Below, one piece after another: positions 59,401 to 64,000 of a DNA stretch of 64,000 nt. A program made the translations under genes and the position numbers. Origin of the DNA: Psammoneis japonica (taxonomy: Eukaryota). Position 1 is the first letter of the stretch. Every line of letters begins with the position of its first letter. The stretch lies in the NCBI GenBank assembly GCA_008632985.1, contig QPGO01000062.1, positions 62,001 to 126,000 of the forward strand, in the 5' to 3' direction. The notes under the pieces were generated by a model. That model did not search any database and was not told the DNA's origin. It saw only the letters and a list, made by a program, of their open reading frames with translations.

Positions 59401-62400
59401 CGTCGAAGGGAAGAGAGATGGGACATCGCTTGGCTCTGTAGATGGCATTGTTGAAGGCGCGTCACTGGGAGCCGCACTGGGGACTGTGGATGGAGCAGTA
59501 GAGGGCACCGTCGAAGGGGTGAGAGACGGGATATCACTTGGCTCTGCTGATGGTGTTGCTGAAGGAATGTCGCTGGGAGCGGAACTCGGGATTGTAGATG
59601 GAGCAGTAGAGGGAACCGTCGAAGGAGCAGCACTCGGGACTGCAGATGGAGCAGTGGATGGCACCGTCGAAGGGGTGAGAGACGGGACATCACTTGGCTC
59701 GGCTGATGGTGTTCTTGAGGGAACGTCACTGGGAGCCGCACTGGGGACTGTAGATGGAGCACGAGAGGGCACCGTCGAAGGGGTGAAAGACGGGACATCA
59801 CTTGGCTCTGCTGATGGTTTTGTTGAGGGAACGTCGCTGGGAGCCGAGCTCGGGACTGTAGATGGCGCAGTAGAGGGCACCGTCGAAGGGGTGAGAGACG
59901 GAACATCACTTGGCCCTGCTGATGGTGCTGTTGATGGAACGTCACTGGGAGCCGCACTCGGCACTGTAGATGGAGCAGCAGAGGGCCCTGCCGAAGGGGT
60001 GAGAGACGGGACATCACTTGGCTCTGCCGATGGTGTTGCGGAAGGAACATCACTGGGAGCGTAACTCGGGGTTGTAGATGGAGTAGTAGAGGGAACCGTC
60101 GAGGGGGTGAGAGACGGGAAATCACTTGGCTCTGCTGATGGCATTGTTGAAGGCTCGTCACTGGGAGCCACACTTGGTAATACAGAGGGAGTAGCAGAGG
60201 GAACCGTCGAAGGGGTGAGGGACGGGACATCACTTGGGTCTGTAGATGGCATTGTTGAAGGCACGTCACTAGGAGCCACACTCGGGACTGTAGACGGAGT
60301 ACTAGAGGGCATCGTCGAAGGGGTGACAGACGGGATATCACTTGGCTCTGCTGATGGTGTTGCTGAGGGAACGTCACTAGGAGCCGCACTCGGGACTGTA
60401 GATGGAGTAGTAGAGGGCACTGTCGAAGGGGTGAGAGACGGGACGTCACTTGGCTCTGTGGATGGCATTGTTGAAGGCACGTCACTAGGAGCCACACTCG
60501 GGACTGTAGAGGGAGCAGTAGAGGGCATTGTCGAAGGGATGAGAGACGGGACGTCACTTGGCTCTGCTGATGGCATTGTTGAAGGCGCGTCACTAGGAGC
60601 CGCACTCGGTAATGAAGAGGGAGTTGCAGAAGGAACAGTCGAAGGGGAGAGAGACGGGAAATCACTTGGCTCTGTAGATGGCATTGTTGAAGGCACGTAA
60701 CTAGGAGCCGCACTAGGGACTGTAGACGGAGCAGTAGAGGGAACCGTCGAAGGGGCGAGAGACGGGACATCGCTTGGCTCTGCTGATGGTGCTGTTGATG
60801 GAACGTCAGTGGGAGCCGCACTCGGCACTGTAGATGGAGCAGCAGAGGGCCCTGCCGAAGGGGTGAGAGACGGGACATCACTTGGCTCTGCTGATGGTGT
60901 TGCTGAAGGAACGTCACTGGGAGCGAAACTCGGGACTGTAGATGGAGCAGTAGAGGGAACCGTCGAAGGGGTGAGAGACGGGACATTACTTGGCTCTGCT
61001 GATGGCAGTGTTGATGGAACGTCACTCGGAGCCGCACTGGGGACTGTAGACGGAGCAGCAGAGGGGACCGTCGAAGGGGTGAGAGACGGAACATCACTTG
61101 GTTCTGTAGATGGCATTGTTGATGGAACGTCACTGGGCGCCGCACTCGGGACTGTAGACGGAGCAGCAGAGGGCACCGTCGAAGGGGTGAGAGACGGGAC
61201 ATCGCTAGGCTCTGTAGATGGCATTGTTGAAGGCGCGTCACTGGGATCCGAACTCGGGAGTGTAGATGGAGTAGCAGAGGGCACCGTCGAAGGGGAGAGA
61301 GACGGGAAATCACTTGGCTCTGTAGATGGCATTGTTGACGGCACGTCACTAGGAGCCGCACTCGGGACTGTAGACGGAGCAGTAGAGGGAACCGTCGAAG
61401 GGGCGAGAGACGGGACATCGCTTGGTTCTGTCGAAGGCATTGTCGAAGGCACGTCACTAGGAGCCACACTCGGGACTGTAGATGGAGCAGTAGAGGGCAC
61501 CGTCGAAGGGGTGAGAGACGGGACATCACTTGGCTCTGCTGATGGTGTTGCTGAAGGAATGTCGCTGGGAGCGGAACTCGGGGTTGTAGATGGAGCAGTA
61601 GAGGGAACCGTCGAAGGAGCAGCACTCGGGACTGCAGATGGAGCAGTGGATGGCACCGTCGAAGGGGTGAGAGACGGGACATCACTTGGCTCGGCTGATG
61701 GTGTTCTCGAGGGAACGTCACTGGGAGCCGCACTGGGGACTGTGGATGGAGCAGTAGAGGGCAACGTCGAAGGGGTGAAAGACGGGACATCACTTGGCTC
61801 TGCTGATGGTCCTGTTGAAGGAATGTCGCTGGGAGCGGAACTCGGGATTGTAGATGGAGCAGTAGAGGGAACCGTCGAAGGGGTGACAGACGGGACATCA
61901 CTTGGCTCTGCCGATGGCATTGTTGAAGGCGCGTCACTGGGATCCGAACTCGGGAGTGTAGAGGGAGTAGCAGAGGGCACCTTCGAAGGGGCGAGAGACG
62001 GGACATCGCTTGGAGCTGTCGATGGCATCGTTGAAGGCGAGTCACTGGGAACCGCACTCGGAACTGCAGACGGAATAGCAGAGGGAACCGTCGAAGGTGT
62101 AAAAGACGGGACATCACTTGGCTCTGTAGATGGTATTGTTGAAGGCGCGTCACTGGGAGCCGTACTCGGCATTACAGAGGGAGTAGCAGAAGGAACCGTC
62201 GAAGGGGTGAGAGACGGGACATCACTTGGTTCTGTAGATGGCATTGTTGAGGGAACGTTGCTGGGAGCCACACTCGGGACTGTAGACGGAGCAGCAGAGG
62301 GCACCGACGAAGGGGAGAGAGACGGTACATCACTTGGCTCTGTAGATGGCATTGTTGAGGGAACGTTGCTGGGAGCCACACTCGGGACTGTAGACGGAGC

Positions 62401-64000
62401 AGCAGAGGGCACCGACGAAGGGGCGAGAGACGGGACATCACTTGGCTCGGCTGATGGTGTTGTTGAGGGAACGTTGCTGGGAGCCACACTCGGGACTGTA
62501 GACGGAGCAGCAGAGGGCACCGACGAAGGGGTGAGAGACGGGACGTTACTTGGCTCTGCTGATGGCATTGTTGAAGGCGCGTCACTGGGACCCGCACTCG
62601 GTGTTACACTTGGCTCTGCTGATGGTGTTGCTGAAGGAATGTCGCTGGGAGCGGAACTCGGGATTGTAGATGGAGCAGTAGAGGGAACCGTCGAAGGAGC
62701 AGCACTCGGGACTGCAGATGGAGCAGTGGATGGCACCGTCGAAGGGGTGAGAGACGGGACATCACTTGGTTCGGAAGATGGCATTGTTGATGGAACGTCA
62801 CTGGGAGCCGAACTCGGGAGTGTAGATGGAGTAGCAGAGGGCACCGTCGAAGGGGCGAGAGACGGGACATCACTTGGCTCTGCTGATGGTCTTGTTGACG
62901 GCACGTCACTAGGAGCCGCACTCGGGACTGTAGACGGAGTAGTGGAGGGAACCGTCGAAGGGGCGTGAGACGGGACATCACTTGGCTCTGTCGATGGCAT
63001 CGTTGAAGGCACGTCACTAGGAGCCGCACTCGGGACTGTAGACGGAGTAGCAGAGGGAACCGTCGAAGGGACGAGAGATGGGACATCGCTTGGCTCTGTA
63101 GATGGCATTGTTGAAGGCGCGTCACTGGGAGCCGCACTGGGGACTGTGGATGGAGCAGCAGAGGGCACCGCCGAAGGGGTGAGAGACGGGACGTTACTTG
63201 GCTCTGCTGATGGCATTGTTGAAGGCGCGTCACTGGGACCCGCACTCGGTGTTACAGAGGGAGTAGCAGAAGGAACCGTCGAAGGGGTGAGAGACGGGAC
63301 ATCACTTGGTTCTGTAGATGGAACTGTTGATGGAACATCACTGGGAGCCGCACTGGGGATTGTGGATGGAGCAGCAGAGGGCACCGTCGAAGGGGTGAGA
63401 GACGGGGCATCACTTGGCTCTGCCGATGGCAGTGTTGATGGAACGTCACTGGGAGCCGCACTCGGGACTGTAGACGGAGTAGCAGAGGGCACCGTCGAAG
63501 GGGTGAGAGACGGAACATCACTTGGTTCGGAAGATGGCATTGTTGATGGAACGTCACTGGGAGCCGCACTCGGGACTGTAGACGGAGTAGCAGAGGGCAC
63601 CGTCGAAGGGGTGAGAGATGGGACATCGCTTGGCTCTGTAGATGGCATTGTTGAAGGCGCGTCACTGGGATCCGAACTCGGGAGTGTAGATGGAGTAGCA
63701 GAGGGCACCGTCGAAGGGGAAAGAGACGGGAAATCACTTGGCTCTGTAGATGGCATTGTTGAAGGCACGTCACTAGGAGCCGCACTCGGGACTGTTGACG
63801 GAGCAGTGGAGGGAACCGTCGAAGGGGCGTGAGACGGGACATCACTTGGCTCTGTCGATGGCATCGTTGAAGGCACGTCACTAGGAGCCGCACTCGGGAC
63901 TGTAGACGGAGCAGTAGAGGGAACCGTCGAAGGGACGAGAGATGGGACATCGCTTGGCTCTGTAGATGGCATCGTTGAAGGCGCGTCACTGGGAGCCGCA
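56416..64000 (-). CDS. Giant Pro/Ser/Thr-rich (PSxx)n mucin-like protein with a Cys-rich C-terminal domain; 5' end outside the window
   Basis: More than 2500 codons open; 36-aa (108-bp) unit of nine PSxx tetrapeptides; ends CDPSAC...[10 protein letters not shown]...VCC...QC...SCTSADC. Confidence 0.9.
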   Translation of the reverse strand, partial: AAPSDAPSTMPSTEPSDVPSLVPSTVPSTAPSTVPSAAPSDVPSTMPSTEPSDVPSHAPSTVPSTAPSTVPSAAPSDVPSTMPSTEPSDFPSLSPSTVPSATPSTLPSSDPSDAPSTMPSTEPSDVPSLTPSTVPSATPSTVPSAAPSDVPSTMPSSEPSDVPSLTPSTVPSATPSTVPSAAPSDVPSTLPSAEPSDAPSLTPSTVPSAAPSTIPSAAPSDVPSTVPSTEPSDVPSLTPSTVPSATPSVTPSAGPSDAPSTMPSAEPSNVPSLTPSAVPSAAPSTVPSAAPSDAPSTMPSTEPSDVPSLVPSTVPSATPSTVPSAAPSDVPSTMPSTEPSDVPSHAPSTVPSTTPSTVPSAAPSDVPSTRPSAEPSDVPSLAPSTVPSATPSTLPSSAPSDVPSTMPSSEPSDVPSLTPSTVPSTAPSAVPSAAPSTVPSTAPSTIPSSAPSDIPSATPSAEPSVTPSAGPSDAPSTMPSAEPSNVPSLTPSSVPSAAPSTVPSVAPSNVPSTTPSAEPSDVPSLAPSSVPSAAPSTVPSVAPSNVPSTMPSTEPSDVPSLSPSSVPSAAPSTVPSVAPSNVPSTMPSTEPSDVPSLTPSTVPSATPSVMPSTAPSDAPSTIPSTEPSDVPSFTPSTVPSAIPSAVPSAVPSDSPSTMPSTAPSDVPSLAPSKVPSATPSTLPSSDPSDAPSTMPSAEPSDVPSVTPSTVPSTAPSTIPSSAPSDIPSTGPSAEPSDVPSFTPSTLPSTAPSTVPSAAPSDVPSRTPSAEPSDVPSLTPSTVPSTAPSAVPSAAPSTVPSTAPSTTPSSAPSDIPSATPSAEPSDVPSLTPSTVPSTAPSTVPSVAPSDVPSTMPSTEPSDVPSLAPSTVPSTAPSTVPSAAPSDVPSTMPSTEPSDFPSLSPSTVPSATPSTLPSSDPSDAPSTMPSTEPSDVPSLTPSTVPSAAPSTVPSAAPSDVPSTMPSTEPSDVPSLTPSTVPSAAPSTVPSAAPSDVPSTLPSAEPSNVPSLTPSTVPSTAPSTVPSFAPSDVPSATPSAEPSDVPSLTPSAGPSAAPSTVPSAAPTDVPSTAPSAEPSDVPSLAPSTVPSTAPSTVPSAAPSYVPSTMPSTEPSDFPSLSPSTVPSATPSSLPSAAPSDAPSTMPSAEPSDVPSLIPSTMPSTAPSTVPSVAPSDVPSTMPSTEPSDVPSLTPSTVPSTTPSTVPSAAPSDVPSATPSAEPSDIPSVTPSTMPSSTPSTVPSVAPSDVPSTMPSTDPSDVPSLTPSTVPSATPSVLPSVAPSDEPSTMPSAEPSDFPSLTPSTVPSTTPSTTPSYAPSDVPSATPSAEPSDVPSLTPSAGPSAAPSTVPSAAPSDVPSTAPSAGPSDVPSLTPSTVPSTAPSTVPSSAPSDVPSTKPSAEPSDVPSFTPSTVPSRAPSTVPSAAPSDVPSRTPSAEPSDVPSLTPSTVPSTAPSAVPSAAPSTVPSTAPSTIPSSAPSDIPSATPSAEPSDIPSLTPSTVPSTAPSTVPSAAPSDAPSTMPSTEPSDVPSLFPSTVPSAAPSTVPSAAPSDVPSTMPSTEPSEVPSLAPSKVPSATPSTLPSSDPSDAPSTMPSTEPSDVPSLTPSTVPSAAPSTVPSAAPSDVPSTLPSSEPSDVPSLTPSTVPSAAPSSVPSAAPSDVPSTLPSAEPSNVPSLTPSTVPSAAPSTVPSFAPSDVPSATPSAEPSDVPSLTPSAGPSAAPSTVPSAAPSDVPSTAPSAEPSNVPSLTPSAGPSAAPSTVPSAAPSDVPSTMPSAEPSDVPSLAPSTVPSAAPSTVPSAAPSYVPSATPSAEPSDVPSFTPSAGPSAAPSTVPSAAPSDVPSTAPSAGPSDVPSLTPSTVPSTAPSTVPSSAPSDVPSTKPSAEPSDVPSFTPSTVPSGAPSTVPSAAPSDVPSRTPSAEPSDVPSLTPSTVPSTAPSAVPSAAPSTVPSTAPSTIPSSAPSDIPSATPSTVPSDIPSLTPSTVPSTAPSTVPSAAPSDAPSTMPSTEPSDVPSLVPSTVPSATPSTVPSAAPSDVPSTMPSTEPSDVPSLAPSTVPSTTPSAVPSSDPSDAPSTMPSTEPSDVPSLTPSTVPSAAPSTTPSTVPSAAPSTVPSAAPSDVPSTMPSTEPSDVPSLTPSTVPSAAPSTVPSVAPSDVPSTMPSTQPSDVPSLTPSTVPSTTPSTVPSAAPSDVPSTTPSAEPSDIPSATPSTMPSSTPSTVPSVAPSDVPSTMPSTDPSDVPSFTPSTVPSATPSVLPSAAPSDEPSTMPSAEPSDFPSLTPSTVPSTTPSTTPSYAPSDVPSATPSAEPSDVPSLTPSAGPSAAPSTVPSAAPSDVPTTAPSAGPSDVPSLTPSTVPSTAPSTVPSSAPSDVPSTRPSAEPSDVPSLTPSTVPSGAPSTVPSAAPSDVPSRTPSAEPSDVPSLTPSTVPSTAPSAVPSAAPSDVPSTMPSAEPTNSPSLAPSTTPSQTPAVNCDPSACNSANGEYPDECCENGAGCSSTGQVCCGDSGGAAPQCSGQGSCTSADCPPQN

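Noticed and set aside
56510..63989. Long plus-strand GTVEG/GTSLG ORFs and the 1853-aa alternative minus-frame ORF
   Set aside because: They are shadows of the PSxx coding repeat in other frames, broken by sporadic stops.

Overview
Eukaryotic nuclear DNA, most likely from a pennate diatom. This is inferred from short GT-AG introns, bipartite plastid presequences, helicase-associated-domain and PSxxPS proteins, and diatom-type Copia/Gypsy elements. The window alternates between two kinds of domain. Ordinary gene domains (~29.15-43.5, 45.3-51.0, 56.1-64 kb) carry an EF-G-like protein, an EF-hand protein, exportin-1, two FkbM methyltransferases, an elongin-B-like protein, a 2OG oxygenase, an HA-domain protein, an MFS sugar transporter and a giant Pro/Ser repeat protein. 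Transposon domains (~1-29.15, 43.5-45.3, 51.0-56.1 kb) carry a Gypsy gag, a large cargo-bearing Plavaka/CMC-like DNA transposon, a Harbinger-like MITE, a full-length Copia and a LINE-like relic. The main signal is that the transposon domains have been almost stripped of TpA by strand-symmetric TpA->TpG/CpA transitions. Conserved Tyr codons have become Cys or His, and the two LTRs and the tandem-repeat copies differ mostly at former TA sites. Duplicated or repetitive host genes are untouched. This looks like a RIP-like genome-defence hypermutation acting on A:T pairs, the reverse direction to fungal RIP. All family assignments are by eye from motifs; no searches were run.
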